Shown in pieces: positions 1 through 13,925 of a DNA stretch of 64,000 bases. The number at the start of each line of letters is the position of its first letter. The stretch's first letter is position 1. The notes under the pieces were generated by a model that saw only the letters and a list, made by a program, of their open reading frames with translations, made no database searches and was not told the origin of the DNA. Both the position numbers and the translations under genes were made by a program. Location of the stretch: the NCBI RefSeq assembly GCF_006345805.1, contig NC_043002.1, positions 64,046,001-64,110,000 of the forward strand, given 5' to 3'. The DNA comes from Octopus sinensis. Lineage: Eukaryota.

Positions 1-846
1 GTTGTGCAGCATAGCTAATGCTATTAGCGTTTCCTTTTTTTTTTTTACGTTTAGGTTTACACCATCATTACCGTTAATTCCTAGGGGAATACGGCGAACA
101 GCGAAAACAAACGTGATAAACTCACCGACAAAAAAGGCTGATGAAGAGCACTACACCAAAATATCTAGTTCTTTAGAAGTATACTGACAAAGCGTTGCTT
201 TAAGTTGTTGCATCGAGTCATTGTACAGGACTTCGGAGAAGAACGGAAAACTGATGAGAATGCAAAGTGTAAAGCAATGTTACTTTGTATACAAACTAAA
301 TAAGTTGATATAATGGAATTAAATTGGTGCCCACCGTTTGAAATTTGTGGAATTCAAAGTGTATTTATTATTATAATTACTGTAGAACAGATGTAATTAT
401 GTCCTTATTAGAACAAAATAAAGGCTAAGCAACATCTTTCCTATAACAAAATCATAGTGACCGGCCACATAGATTAATGTACACCACTTCCCGCGCATAC
501 ACACTTACACATATGTAAGAAATAGAGAATTTCGAGCAAATATGATCCCATCAAGAATTGGTAAACCGAATTTGCTGTCGATGCTTGGTTTCAGATGCCA
601 GATGCATGAATGCTATACAGGCGGCAGCTATTTTTTCCGATAAGTGAATTATTTGTCTTCAATTATTTATTGTTTTACGCAACATATTTGGATCTGGGCT
701 GATTTTATTCCCATTTGAGAGCCCCCTCCACCTATATCAGTAGGCGCCGAAGGTTATGTTGCATGCTATGTATGTTATTTTATGAATTTACACCATGCGC
801 TTATTGTATGTGTCCTCTTATGGCAAATAATTGATATTACTTACTA

Positions 847-1023
847 GCTGGCAGAATTGGTATCACCAAATGCTCGTCTGTCGCCATGTTCTAAGTTCAT
901 TTGCCAGCGATGTTGACTTTCCTTTTCATCCTTTCAGGTCGATAAATTAAGGACCAGTGGAACACTTGGGTCAACTATCCTCCACCCCCAACATATCCAA
1001 CCTTGTGCCTTTAGTAGTAAGGA
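847..1023 (+). mobile_element. Degenerate tRNA-derived SINE (family C variant)
   Basis: GCTGGCAGAA head, GTTCTAAGTTCA B-box-like motif and TTTCATCCTTTCAGGTCGATAAATTAAG body match the family C copies at 10691 and 54636; ends in an ATT tail. Confidence 0.6.
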
Positions 1024-1026
1024 TTA

Positions 1027-1099
<73 letters not shown>

Positions 1100-1142
1100 C
1101 ATGATTGTTGTTGTTTTTGTTGTTGTTGTTGTTGTCGTCGTC
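1024..1142. repeat. (ATT)n then (GTT)n microsatellite
   Basis: Directly visible trinucleotide arrays. Confidence 0.95.
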
Positions 1143-1152
1143 GATATTATTA

Positions 1153-1705
1153 TTCTGAAAGACACTCGGATAGTTCTTAATTACCAGTTATTTTTTACTT
1201 GAAAGCAGGCAACAACAAATCTCCTGAGACTCAAAGCGACAATACTCTCCTTAGGTCGCGATCTGTACCCAACAATGCTGCCTTCTGGAACACTTCAAGC
1301 CTGACAGCAGCTTCAATGTTCTTAATATGCGTTTCAAAGCCCTTAGAAACTGCTTCGAATGCTCCAGTTACACCAGTATCACCATTACTTTCCTCATGAG
1401 CCATGAATTTCCTATCTCATCTCGCAGCGGCTTGTATTCCTTTTCTGTTTCCTTGCATTTCATCCTCGAATCGCCTGGTATTGCAGCATCTATTATCTTA
1501 ACTTCTTTTTCATGTTTATGGATGAGCACAATAACTTCTCGTCTTACCTCTATGGCTTGCTCACACTGCATGTTAAAATCTCAGAGTATTTTGTAATGTT
1601 CGTTTTCCATTACGTCATCTGGCTTGTGTTCATACCATTCTCTCGAGGTTTGCTTTACCGTACAACCAGTGGACATATCCGGCCACATTGTCGTGTCTCC
1701 TTTTG
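1153..1705 (-). pseudogene. R4/Dong-type non-LTR retrotransposon 3' fragment (restriction-like endonuclease domain), decayed
   Basis: Minus strand reads RHDNVAGYVHW...YKIL*DFNMQCEQAIEVRREVIVLIHKHEKEVKIIDAAIPGDSRMKCKETEKEYKPLRDEIGNSWLMRKV. This matches the R4-clade pattern RHD..A..VHW / KILWDF.IQ / RPD / IIDIAIPGD / EK..KY. Flanked by (AAT)n on the sense strand. Confidence 0.8.
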
Positions 1706-1984
1706 TTATTATTATTATTATGTTTCTTCTTATTATTATTGTCGTTGTTGTTGTTATTGTTGTTAGGGCACCCTGGTTAGAGCCTATTGAGATTTATATA
1801 TTGTTAAAATTGCCTTTTTTTCTTACGTGAAACCCCTTTACACTCAAAATCATCAAAGCAACACACTATCACACACTTACAGACGTATTCTTTTTGGCTT
1901 GTACAGTTCATAATTTATTTCTTAATGTAAACCTTTCGTGGTCAATAAAGAAATCATCATCATTGATGTTGTTATTATTTGTGT

Positions 1985-2544
1985 TATTATTGAGACCAGT
2001 GCATGCCATCGATGTGACACTGGGGTGAGATATACGAAACCCAGTATACACGTCATCATGACCACCCGTCTGATAAAGGTACACCAACCACATGCCACAC
2101 AGCCATATGTCCGCCACATAGTGGTCATATCAATAAAACAGCGCATGACCTTCCATGTGGATCAGTTACAATTTTCTTTAGGTCGAATAGCACATTCCGT
2201 TCAAATGGTACCTCAATAAAGGTGGTTTAAGGATGTTGAACGAAACACCCATGTTTCCAAAAGTGGATTATCCAAACCCCAAAGAATTCATTTCAACACA
2301 CGGCTCATGGCTATGATGCCTCCCCACTACTTCTGCTCTTGATCAGTGATGCACATATCGTCAGCCACTGAAGGACATGCTCAACTGGTTAAGGGCAAAC
2401 AAGTGACAAGCAAAGCTGTGGTATTGAGCAAGAATATTTGCTGTAGCCATCTTTTATGCCAAGACAAAATAATTTACCTGATAACACTACTAATCAGTTA
2501 AGATCAGAAGCCATGAGAGCCAGTGCCTTGTACTGCATCAGGGC

Positions 2545-2545
<1 letters not shown>
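1985..2545 (+). mobile_element. Non-coding retroposon body and 3' end (SINE-like) ending in an (ATT)n tail
   Basis: Unique-looking block with higher GC than its flanks, ending ...GTACTGCATCAGGGC directly into an ATT array. No ORF. The family assignment is inference. Confidence 0.45.
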
Positions 2546-2613
<68 letters not shown>

Positions 2614-2669
2614 CATTATTATTATTATTATCATTATTATCATTATTATCATTATTATTATTATTATTA

Positions 2670-2703
<34 letters not shown>

Positions 2704-2847
2704 CATTATTATTATTATTATCATTATTATTACCATTATTATTATTATTATCATTATATTATTATTATTATTATCATTATTACTATTATTATTATTATTA
2801 TCATTATTATTATCATTATATTATTATTATCATATTATTATTATTAT

Positions 2848-2880
<33 letters not shown>

Positions 2881-2923
2881 CATTATTACTATTATTATTA
2901 TTATTATCATTATTATTATCATA

Positions 2924-2957
<34 letters not shown>

Positions 2958-3288
2958 CATTATTATTATCATTATTATTATCATTATTATTATTATTATG
3001 ATTATCATTATTATTATATTATTATTATTATTATCATTATTATTATTATTATTATCATTATTACTATTATTATTATTATTATCATTATTACTATTATCAT
3101 TATTATTATCATTATTATTATCATTATTATTATTATTATTATTATCATTATTATTATTATTATTATCATTATTACTATTATCATTATTATTATCATTATT
3201 ATTATCATTATTATTATTATTATTATTATCATTATTATTATTATTATTATCATTATTACTATTATTATTATTATTATCATTATTATTA

Positions 3289-3325
<37 letters not shown>

Positions 3326-3411
3326 CATTATTATTATCATTATTATTATCATTATTATTATTATTATTATTATCATTATTACTATTATTATTATTATTAT
3401 CATTATTATTA

Positions 3412-3448
<37 letters not shown>

Positions 3449-3573
3449 CATTATTATTATTATTATTATTATCATTATTACTATTATTATTATTATTATT
3501 ATCATTATTATCATTATTATTATTATTATTATTATCATTATTACTATTATTATTATTATTATCATTATTATTA

Positions 3574-3611
<38 letters not shown>

Positions 3612-3612
3612 G
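2546..3612. repeat. About 1.07-kb (ATT)n array with ATC/ACT interruptions
   Basis: Directly visible; source of the poly-I/L/Y ORFs in the track. Confidence 0.97.
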
Positions 3613-5197
3613 AGGTACTTGAGTGGATGCCGTGCTTTGATGTGATTTCCAGTCTCATTTCCTTGTATCGGACTTGTGTTATGCAGGGAGTGCTTATAAT
3701 GCCCGACGCCTCTTATTCATGATGGATACATGATGCAATTACTGGAAGATATACTTTTATGTATATGCATTTACAACGAGTAAAACAAACCATGAAACTA
3801 TTCGAATTGTTACCGCAAATGAAAATGTAAAATATGTTTCGAAAAAAACCTATTTGTTTTGAAACCGAAATTACTCTAATATAAATATACTATATTTTGT
3901 AAAAATTTTCATCCATTCGCTTTCATGCATTTCTCACACTTAACTGATATTTTCCTATTTAAGCAAAAACAGAGAGAAGCATTAATATCTTGGATAATCA
4001 AAATTGAAAAGTTTTTTCTAATATTCAATTTATACCTGTTTGATCTTTATGCATTTTAACATAGAATTCAAACTTCATTAGAACAGATATTCAATTGTAA
4101 AAGGCGTATTTCAGAGGTTTTAAGTCATTTTTATTAGCCACATTTATAAATGTCCTAGATTGTTGTTTAATCTACCGTCGCTATACATCAAAGAAACTGA
4201 CCTACTAAAGATTGTTATTCCACAATAAGGGAGGAGATTAAAACAACACTTTGAACACACCTTACTAAATACTGCTTCTTACTGTGTATTAGTTTGCAGG
4301 AAGCGAGATACGCAATAAAATGTGTTAAGCTGGATAAAAACGCTGCATGTGGGTTAACTTGCATGAGCCAGGTATCTGTTTCCCGCTGGAACATATATGT
4401 ATGCCCACGTATATGTATTTATGCATATATACATACATACATACACACATATATATATATATATATATCCTCTTTTTCTCTTCTCTTTCCTCTGATTCTT
4501 TGGTCTAATCTTCCACTACCCTCCTAATTCTTTGTCTCGCTCTGCACTCACAGGTCAATCTTCGAAACCCATCCCTTCTCCTCTCTGATTCCTTCTTTCT
4601 CTCTCTTCTCTCTCTTTGTTGCGTTTGTCCCTCCTCTCTCTCTCCTCTCTCTCTCTCTCTTCCGCTGCTTCTCTTTCTTTTCTTTTCTCTCTCCTCTGTC
4701 ACGTGACTGCTGGCCGAAATCTGCCTTTCAGCTTCTGACCAGCGTCGTGTTAACATCGTTGTTTTTCGTCCGCCGCTATAGGCATCGCCGATAAGGCTCC
4801 TTTCCTTGCGCCAGAGAAAAAATTTGTTTGCTTGTTATCAGTCGTAAGACACTTGTTGTTGTTTTCACCGTTAATGCTTCTGTATTTCATGTTTCTGTAT
4901 TCCATTATTTTTTTGTTTTTTTATATCCGTCCCTTTTGCTGTCCTGGTGTCCGTATGCATTCGATCCTTCTTCCAGGAAATCTACGCTCCCAGCTTAGTT
5001 TTTCTAATGCTCGTTGCTTAGTTTTTCTTGGAGGGCTGGCCGTGATCTAGTAATCTCAAGATTAATCAGCCGAAATTACTACGATGATCCGGTTCTTGAC
5101 TGAAGAATGGGGGTTTCGAATGTCCTGTCCGTGTTTATTGTATCGTCTTCTAAGAGTTATACGTTCTTGTCCATGTTGTATTTTTCTACATACCTTA

Positions 5198-5229
<32 letters not shown>

Positions 5230-5289
5230 TATATATATATTTATGAGTGTGTGTGTGTGTATGTGTGTGTCTGTGTGTGTCTGTGTGTA

Positions 5290-5610
5290 GAGGCGCAATG
5301 GCCCAGTGGTTAGGGCAGTGGACCCGCGGTTGCAGGATCGCGATTTCGATTACCAGACCGGGCGTTGTGAGTGTTTATTGAGCGAAAACACATAAAGCTC
5401 CACAAAGCTCCGGCATGATTTGGTGGCGATCCCTGCTGTACTCTTTCGCCACAACTTTCTCTCACTCTTTCTTCTGTTGGCCTGCTCGCCATCTTTTATG
5501 CCAGCCAGTGTGGTGGAATCATTTGAAGGCTAAAACAATGCGAAGCGCATTGTGACCAGTGATGTGTAGCAACATCTGTTAGCCTGGTCGTTCGCGGTGA
5601 TCACGGTGAT
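5290..5610 (+). mobile_element. tRNA-derived SINE, family A (tail type 1)
   Basis: GAGGCGCAATGGCCCAGTGGTTAGGG A-box and TTTCGATTACC B-box-like motifs; near-collinear with the copy at 44667-44977. Confidence 0.85.
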
Positions 5611-5614
5611 ATAT

Positions 5615-5692
<78 letters not shown>

Positions 5693-5693
<1 letters not shown>

Positions 5694-5988
5694 CTTTATT
5701 CTTTTATTTGTTTCAGTCATTTAACTGCGGCAATGCGGCAGCGCCTCCTTGAATCGAACAAATCGACCCCAGGACTTATTCTTTGTACGCCTAGTACTTT
5801 TGCTATCAGTATTTTATGCCGAACCGCTAGATTACGGGGAGGTAAACACACCAGCACCGGTTGGGGACAAACACAGACGCACACATACACACACTTACAC
5901 ATACACACACACACACACACACACGCACGCACACACACACACACACGTACACACAGACACACAGACACACACACACACACACACACAC

Positions 5989-6048
<60 letters not shown>

Positions 6049-6203
6049 CAGTGGGCTTCTTTCAGTTTCTGTCAACCAAATCCACCCAAAATGCTTTGGT
6101 CGGCACGAGACTATAGTAGAAAACACTTGCCGAAGGTGCCACGCAGTTGGACTGACCTCGGATCCATGTGATTATTAAGTTAGCTACTTACCACTTCTGC
6201 GCC
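5693..6203 (-). mobile_element. CORE-type tRNA SINE, family B, with internal (TA)/(CA) microsatellite
   Basis: Minus strand has the CORE-like GTGGCACCTTCGGCAAGTGT..TACTATAG, an internal microsatellite and the tail GCAGTTAAATGACTGAAACAAATAAAAG; homologous to 36956 and 50260. Confidence 0.85.
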
Positions 6204-6579
6204 TTTATACATATATATATATATATATATGTATGTTTCCAATATGTGTGGATGTGTATAGAATAACATATCAGTTGAATAAAGTTAAACATGGTCTGGT
6301 TTTCACGTTTCTTATGGTATTTTAACATTTTCTATAAGTAGGAGAGGGTTAATTTTACTTGAGCAGATATCCTTTGAGTTATATAAATCACTAGACTGTA
6401 CTCATGCTCCGGGGAATACGAAAAATATGAATCCATCTTAGGAACAGAATACTATTTCTAGTAACACACAATTCACATCACCAAAATATTTTTTAACATC
6501 AAGAAAACAAATTATCCCAATCATAAAACGAAGTGAATTTTTTTTTTAAATTGTAACAACTAATCATTCATCTATCTTA

Positions 6580-7025
6580 AGAAAAAGCAACCACACAACC
6601 TAAGGAAACCATTAACAAGAGCAAACAGGATAAAACATTCACAGTATCCAAGTGCAATTGTAACAGACGTGTCAATACAGGCAAATGGGTAGATCCATTA
6701 GAAAAAATATGGACTGATTTTCGGAAATGCAGATATGAATAGAAATAGCAGAAATTTGATCTACTACATTAGAGGCCCGAATTGCGAGGTGCTATAGGTA
6801 AGCAAGGCAAGGAATGCATTATCGGAACGCTCACGTGTGTACAGACAACAAATCCGCAACACCAATGTTCGCTAGATACCTTTGAGCGAGTATATAGAAA
6901 CATTTGGTAAGAAAATGTTTCTAATATTTCCATTCCACAAATTGCAAGATACAAGTGCGTTTTGCAGAAATATAAAAGAGAAATGGTTTAATAAAATATT
7001 GAAAACAGTTCTGAACGGAAATAAC
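6580..7025 (+). pseudogene. Penelope-like element GIY-YIG endonuclease remnant
   Basis: Frames read KQPHNLRKPLTRA...NSRNLIYYIRGPNCE...RNALSERSRVYRQQIRNTNVR*IPLSEYIETFGKKMFLIFPFHKLQDTSAFCRNIKEKWFNKILKTVLN. This fits the PLE endonuclease layout (N.IY...C..C..YIG ... R..H ... E..FI....P.LN), with stops and frameshifts. Confidence 0.7.
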
Positions 7026-7370
7026 AACAATAATATAACAACCGGTTAATGATGTAGATTTTTTTAAAAAAGCATCTCTAGCATATAATATAAGCAAATT
7101 ACAGAATATCGATACGCCATGCAAAAAGTGATATTTAAGCTGCATGCAGATTGGTCAAAACTGTATTCTAAAAATTCAGCTTGTTGAAGCACTCTGAAAG
7201 ATACAAAAGTATTCAAGAACACAAATGTCAGTGAAAGACATTTGAAATCTGATAATTATTCTTTGCATGAAACCGCTAATTTATCTTTATGAGCATTATG
7301 AAATATCATTTGAATGTTAAAATACCCTAATAGTAAACGTGAAAAAAAAGCATGCTTTAAACGTATTCAA

Positions 7371-7414
<44 letters not shown>

Positions 7415-8237
7415 ATATAATATATATACCTACGTATATTTGATATACACACATAGATAATGTTGTATGCTCTTATTAATACATGTATCATGCGATACAA
7501 GGTATGTTGAAGTTACATACGCAAAACATAAACTATGGACACAGAGGTCCTTAGACTTTCATCGGTTACCGGCCTAATATCCTCTTTTCGATAATTTATG
7601 ATAATATTATTAATTTTCGTGTTATATATCTGTCTCTGTATGAGTTAGAGCTTGTGTGTTTGTGTGTGTGAGAGAGAAATTGTGTGTATAGATATGCAAT
7701 TATATATGTGTGCGTGCGTATGTGTGTATTTCCATGCATATACATATATATTATATCCGCAATTGTTTCCAGCTCTATTGATATATGTATATATATATAT
7801 ATATATAATATATATATATATATATACATAAATACCTGCTTAGACGCACATTCAAATATAAATATGTGTGTGCGTGTGATTTTCCCACATTAATACATCC
7901 ATACCTACATACATTTATGCATATATTTTCTGTTGAAATCTATACTGCTATTCTGTTCCAAACTTCTGGACATATTACTTCTTACCATTTAGTAATTTCA
8001 CCAGCTAATTAGCTGCCATTCACTGTATAACCTTTTCTTCTTTATACTGGCTTGGTGAGTGTGCAATGTATGATACAAAGGGTGAATTTCATTGTGCAAA
8101 ATCTATGTACTTGGTACATGTGACACACTTATAACTGTCCATCCAGCTATACTTAAGTGTACGTGCATAGACCAGCATCAAGTATTATATGAACAATGAA
8201 CGTATATATGTATGTATGTGTGTAGATATATATATAT

Positions 8238-8271
<34 letters not shown>

Positions 8272-8455
8272 ATATATATATATATATCGATAGAGTATAT
8301 CTGCATGCATATAACTATATATTATATATAGCAAAAATTTAGATTCAGATGAATATGGTACTTAATTTAAAGGCACAAAAATTTGGTATGGTATTATCCA
8401 TATAAATCAAATGGGGTGATTATGATCACCCCATTTGATTATATATATATATATA

Positions 8456-8496
<41 letters not shown>

Positions 8497-9342
8497 GTGT
8501 GTGTATGCATTTATGCATATATATATGCGTATAGAAGTATTAGGGAATGGAAAATGTGGACAAGCAGTTGGAAGGCATCAAGTCATTTAAGAATTATGAA
8601 TAGAAAAATGCGTACAAATATATAAATTGAACAGTAAATCAAGAGAATACAGACAACGAGTGTTCATGGAGATTTCTTATATTTCTTATAGACAGCTTAT
8701 AAGTTCATAGAGATATGTCGTTGCAGAAATATAGGAAAATTTGTCTTGCCTCTTTGTGATGGTTCATCTTAGATTACCAAGTCAGATCACATGTACGAAT
8801 TATCAATACCTTGCAATGAAGGTTTGTAAATGCAGTTAGTTGTTGAATAAAAGTAGCTATGATCACTCTGCCTATATATACTCACACATACGATAGATTG
8901 ACGCAACTTACTGTATATTTATGAGCACAGCTGTAATTTATGCATCCGGCTCAGCACACCTGCCGAAGCAGCAAAATAATTGTGCACACAACATTCCTGA
9001 GGTGGGTGTGTGGGTGTGTGTGGGTGCGTGTGTGAGTGTGTGTGTGTGTGTACATGCATATATTGAGTAAATGGAGGCAGTTAGAATTTTATTTAATTCG
9101 TTATCATCGCTTTAGTTCGTTTTCGAATTCGTCAAGACAAGATCGGAATCAAAATGTTAAAAACAGAACGTTTCGGTGTTCATTTTTCACTTTTTCGGTT
9201 TGTTTAGAAGAGACTATTGTTTTGATTTTGTGGGGGCAGAAAGAAAAGCAAAGATGTGAGGTGGGGGCAATAGAGACAGAGAGAGTAGTTTTCAGGATAA
9301 TCAAGAAAGAGGAGAAAAAATAATAGAGTATGGGGAACAAAT

Positions 9343-9390
9343 AGATAGATAGAGAAATAGATAAATAGATAGAAAGATAGATAGATAGAT

Positions 9391-9436
<46 letters not shown>

Positions 9437-9458
9437 ACGAAAAATAGATAGATAGATA
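9343..9458. repeat. (GATA)n microsatellite
   Basis: Directly visible. Confidence 0.95.
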
Positions 9459-10385
9459 GCGAGAGAGAGAGAAGGGGGAGAAAGAGAGGTTTCCCTTTCA
9501 ATTTGATGTGATCAATTCATTGAAATTTCATTGCAACGCATTCTTTTCTTCTTTCTCTTTCCTTTCTGTTTTCTTTCCATTGAATATCTATCAACATATT
9601 TGTAAATAAACACTTTTTCTCTCTAGGGCTGGAGGCCTTTCAAACATGTCAATTTTATGAAGCAGAATAAGAAAAATATGAAGATAGGTGTTTGTGGTCA
9701 TCATTGAAAAATAAATTAGAGTTCAAAGACCTATGAAATCTATCCTTTTACCTGGGCATAGTCAAATCGCATATTCTGTGTAATTTCATGTTTCGCATGA
9801 AGAAGTATTAAATATTTGTACAATATTTATAAATTAGGAAAATTAAGTCAGAATATATAAGAATAATTTGGTCCTGATAATAAAACAATCTCTTCTCTAT
9901 GTACATTTAACGAAACATCATAAAAGACATTTGTATGTATATTGCTCAGATTTTTAGACTTTTAATTCCCTAGTTTATTAATCCTAAGTGGTATTTCTGC
10001 TTTGTTAGGAAGTCTTTGAGCTCGCTGAGTCGCATTTGACGTATGTTAGGGTCAATCGCTATAGTACAGATACGTCTGAGTATCACAAAACTTAGAACAT
10101 CAATGGTAAAAGTTTAATGAATACATGATTCCATTTATTAACACACAGAATCCTGGACAGACAACCTCTTTCACGCCATAAGATCAACCTACTTATTCTT
10201 CTACAAAACCCCAAGATGAAAACTTTGATTGATAAACCCACACTACTGAGAGTTTTATGTTATTGAATTTTATTGGTTATTTATTGTTTATACACTGTAA
10301 AACACATTCTATCGTCCTGTTTTTGTATTTTATGTTGTTTCATGTCCGTTATTGTTATTTTATGAAAGCCCCTGTGGCAAATGAA

Positions 10386-10438
<53 letters not shown>

Positions 10439-10439
10439 T

Positions 10440-11170
10440 ACTGGAATACGCGCAGAGTCAATGTACGAACATCTGGAAAGAAAATGGAGTCCTGCCACAT
10501 GAGCAGAAGGGTTACAAGCGTAAGTGCAGAGGTGCCAAGGACCAACACCTGATAGGCAAAACTATAGTTAGAGACTGCAAGAGGAGAAAAAGTAACTTAG
10601 CCATGTCATGGATCGACTATCATAAGGCGTACGATGTGATCCCGCATTCTTGGATTATGGAGTGTATGAACCTATTTGGTATTGCATCGATACAAGGCGG
10701 CGAGCTGGCAGAAACGTTAGCACGCCGGGCGAAATGCGTGGCCGTATTTCGTCTGCCGTTACGTTCTGAGTTCAAATTCCGCCGAGGTCGACTTTGCCTT
10801 TCATCCTTTCGGGGTCGATAAATTAAGTACCAGTTACGCACTGGGGTCGATGTAATCGACTTAATCCCTTTGTCTGTCCTTGTTTGTCCTCTCTGTGTTT
10901 AGAGCCCTTTGTGGGTAGTAAAGAAATATATTTGGTATTGCATCGAATGTTGAGCGATTGCTTGGAAAAAGTATGGCGAATTGGAGGACGGACCTGACAG
11001 TATACGGAAGAAATTTAGGGACAGTAGAAATTAGGAGAGGCATATCTGTACTGTGCTTGATACAACTAACACTGATTCTGAGGAAAGCAAACACTGAGTA
11101 TGTATTCAAAAGCCGCCAACAACAAAAAACATTTGTTATTCATGGATGCCCCCAAATTTATGGTAAAGAT
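10440..11170 (+). pseudogene. R4/Dong-type reverse transcriptase fragment interrupted by a SINE
   Basis: Reads [66 protein letters not shown], then the SINE, then NVERLLGKSMANWRTDLTVYGRNLGTVEIRRGI..VLCLIQLTLILRKA..HLLFMD. Starts immediately after an (AAT)n array. Confidence 0.85.
10691..10928 (+). mobile_element. Full-length family C SINE with 18-bp TSD
   Basis: AAGGCGGCGAGCTGGCAGAA head to GTGGGTAGTAAAGAAA tail; TATTTGGTATTGCATCGA at both 10673-10690 and 10929-10946. Confidence 0.92.
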
Positions 11171-12857
11171 GAAGCGCAATCAGTTCCTTCGTTGATACGG
11201 TGTATACCTTCAGTGCTGATATCAGATATTATATTTATACTCTCCATAATTCTCTTCCCCTGACGTGCCATATATCTAATACACATTTCCTCTTTTGTAT
11301 GTCTCCGCTCCCCAGATCATATTAACCACTGCTAGTATCTATCGATGTACATCTTAATATAACTGTTCTACCGAAGTTGCAACCTTATCATGATAACATC
11401 TACCCACTTGACAATTGATCCTATACATATTGATCCTATACATATTAGTGTTCCTTAAAACTGTTTTCTTTAACTCTATAAGGACCGCAGTTGAGAATCA
11501 TTTCAAAACGCAAAAACTATTTCAACCAATTTTGTATACAATTCCAAAAGTTATTTTTGGAATTTTATACAATTCCACAATTTACTTATAAAAATATAAT
11601 AGGATTTTTCATACATCGAATTATTAGAGTCCACTAGCGTAAGAAAGGAATCAAAGGAGTCTACAAGCAATCCTGTTTTGAGAGCTACCGTCTACGAGAT
11701 CAATTTCTAATTTTAAAACGGGACGTGACCTAGAATTACGCATGAAAATGAAGCATAAGTGGTAAACAAATAGAAAAGATTTGAAGGCTGTTTTCAAGCT
11801 CAGTGATGTGTGTATAGACCTCTTGTTCTCAAACTGTCTAGTGGCTAGATGTTATCATGATGAGATCAAAACTTCGGTAGAACATCTACAGTTGATAGAT
11901 GCTAGCAGTAGTTAATCTGATTTGGGGAGCGGTGTCATACAGGAGAGGAGACGACGAGTATTACAAATACGAAGAATTAGCGGAAAATGACTATAATTAT
12001 TTGATTGATTAAAATCTTTAAAGTCTATAAACGTGATTACTCATATGGTATGAAAGTAGAAATACCTAAGGGCAAGGTAAATGAACTTTAAAACACCTTG
12101 CAATTTTGAGGAGCAGGTACTAGATGTTCTGTAGATCAAGCACAGGCAGAACTTAAAGTAATACGGTAAAACAAAACTGTTTTTAATTATCGAAAAGAAC
12201 AGACTTTGGTAGTCCATTAGTTAGTGGTGAGTGAGGAACTTGCTTAAAAATTTCAATTGATTGTGACAAATTATACGTTCAGTTAGAAAGGTTGACGTTT
12301 TGTACTTTCCAGAAGCAGACTAGAAAGTTTATAATATATATCACCGTTTAAATTTAACAGATGAACCTATAAAAATTGCAGTGGAATTCTCTTGTCTATA
12401 AGAAGGGTATATTTATATAAAATTTTGTATCTGTCATCCAGAGGGCAGTTATCGGGTAACTTACAAAAGCATTTCTTTTTTATATTAAGATTTGATAATC
12501 GAATATATCAAAATTGTAGCAGCGCATAAATATCGATCTGGTCTTTACATTCCTTCTTCAACCAAACTCCTATGCCTGCAGATTCTTAAAGTAGATGAGG
12601 CAGCGTATCTCCCTAGTATAAAATACCTTCTGCGTATTTTTGGGCAGTGATATCCATGAAAGTAAGGAGGTTATAAAAACTAAATATGTAGCAAGACAGA
12701 TATTTTCGTAAATTTGTAAAACATGAAATAGTGAGTAGAATCCCTTAAGACGCAATAAAAATATACTTTATGCTAATGGAAAATTCATTTCGATACCATG
12801 CAATTAATCAACAACACATTTTTCGTTATCATCGCTGTCGTCATGGTCGTCCTAGTT

Positions 12858-12907
<50 letters not shown>

Positions 12908-13190
12908 ATCATCATCATCATCATCATCATCATCCTCAATGTCGTCGTCATTGTCGTCATCATCATCATCATCACTATCACAGTCATCATCATCGTCATC
13001 CTCACCGTCCTCATCGTCGACGTCGTTGTCATCATCATCATCATCATCGCCATCACCATCACCTTCATCGACGTCATCTTCGTCATCATCTTCATAGTCG
13101 TCGTCGTTATCATCATCCTCATCATCATCATCATCATCATCACAACCACTGCTACCAGCAAAGTCATAACCACCATAACCATCACAATTT
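12858..13190. repeat. Degenerate (CAT)/(CGT)n microsatellite
   Basis: Directly visible. Confidence 0.93.
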
Positions 13191-13846
13191 ATGCATTTAA
13201 AGACTTCTGCTTTTGTTGGGTTTTTTTTTTCTTATTATATCAGAAATATTGTTGATGTTGTTCTTATGTTGATATTTCTAGTAAAATTTTGAAGTCGTTG
13301 TTATTGTGTATAATTTTGACTTTATTCATGAGGTAGCTGGTTCGTGGCAGCAGTCGTCGTCATCGTAGCAGATACCTCGGCTGAAATATTTTGTTTTAGA
13401 GCTGTATACTTCTGCTTTATATATTGCGACTGATTTCTATAATTCTATGTCTTGCTGTTCTTTTTACTAATTTTTTTTTCATCATTTTTCTTTTTTTTTC
13501 AATTTGCAAATATTTGTCTTGAAAATTGTTTCTCTACTTGGCGTTCTACTCTATTTTCTATTTGTATTTAAGTTCTAATTCAATTGCTGGGGGGCAAAAA
13601 ATTTTGCGGACTTATATTTTAAATTATGTGTATGCAAAGGACACCTGGGAGTCTGATTTATTCGCTCAGGAGCGTTTTATGAATACACCTGTACGAGATT
13701 CTAATCTTGTCAGTGTGTGTATATATGTGCGTGTGCCTCTGCTAGTGTGAGATGAAGAAATATATGTGTAAGCAATTTGTGTCTGTGTGTTTAATAAGTA
13801 TGTATGCATGTATGTTTGTATGTATGAGTGTATGTATCTATGAATG

Positions 13847-13925
<79 letters not shown>

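Noticed and set aside
4300-4371. Possible 72-nt coding exon (AG|EARYAIKCVKLDKNAACGLTCMSQ|GT)
   Set aside because: Only moderate splice signals, no recognisable homology, and no neighbouring in-phase exons.
5290-5370. tRNA genes at SINE heads (also 19929, 36956, 44667, 63780)
   Set aside because: They have A/B-box-like motifs but no complete cloverleaf, and each continues into a repeated SINE body.
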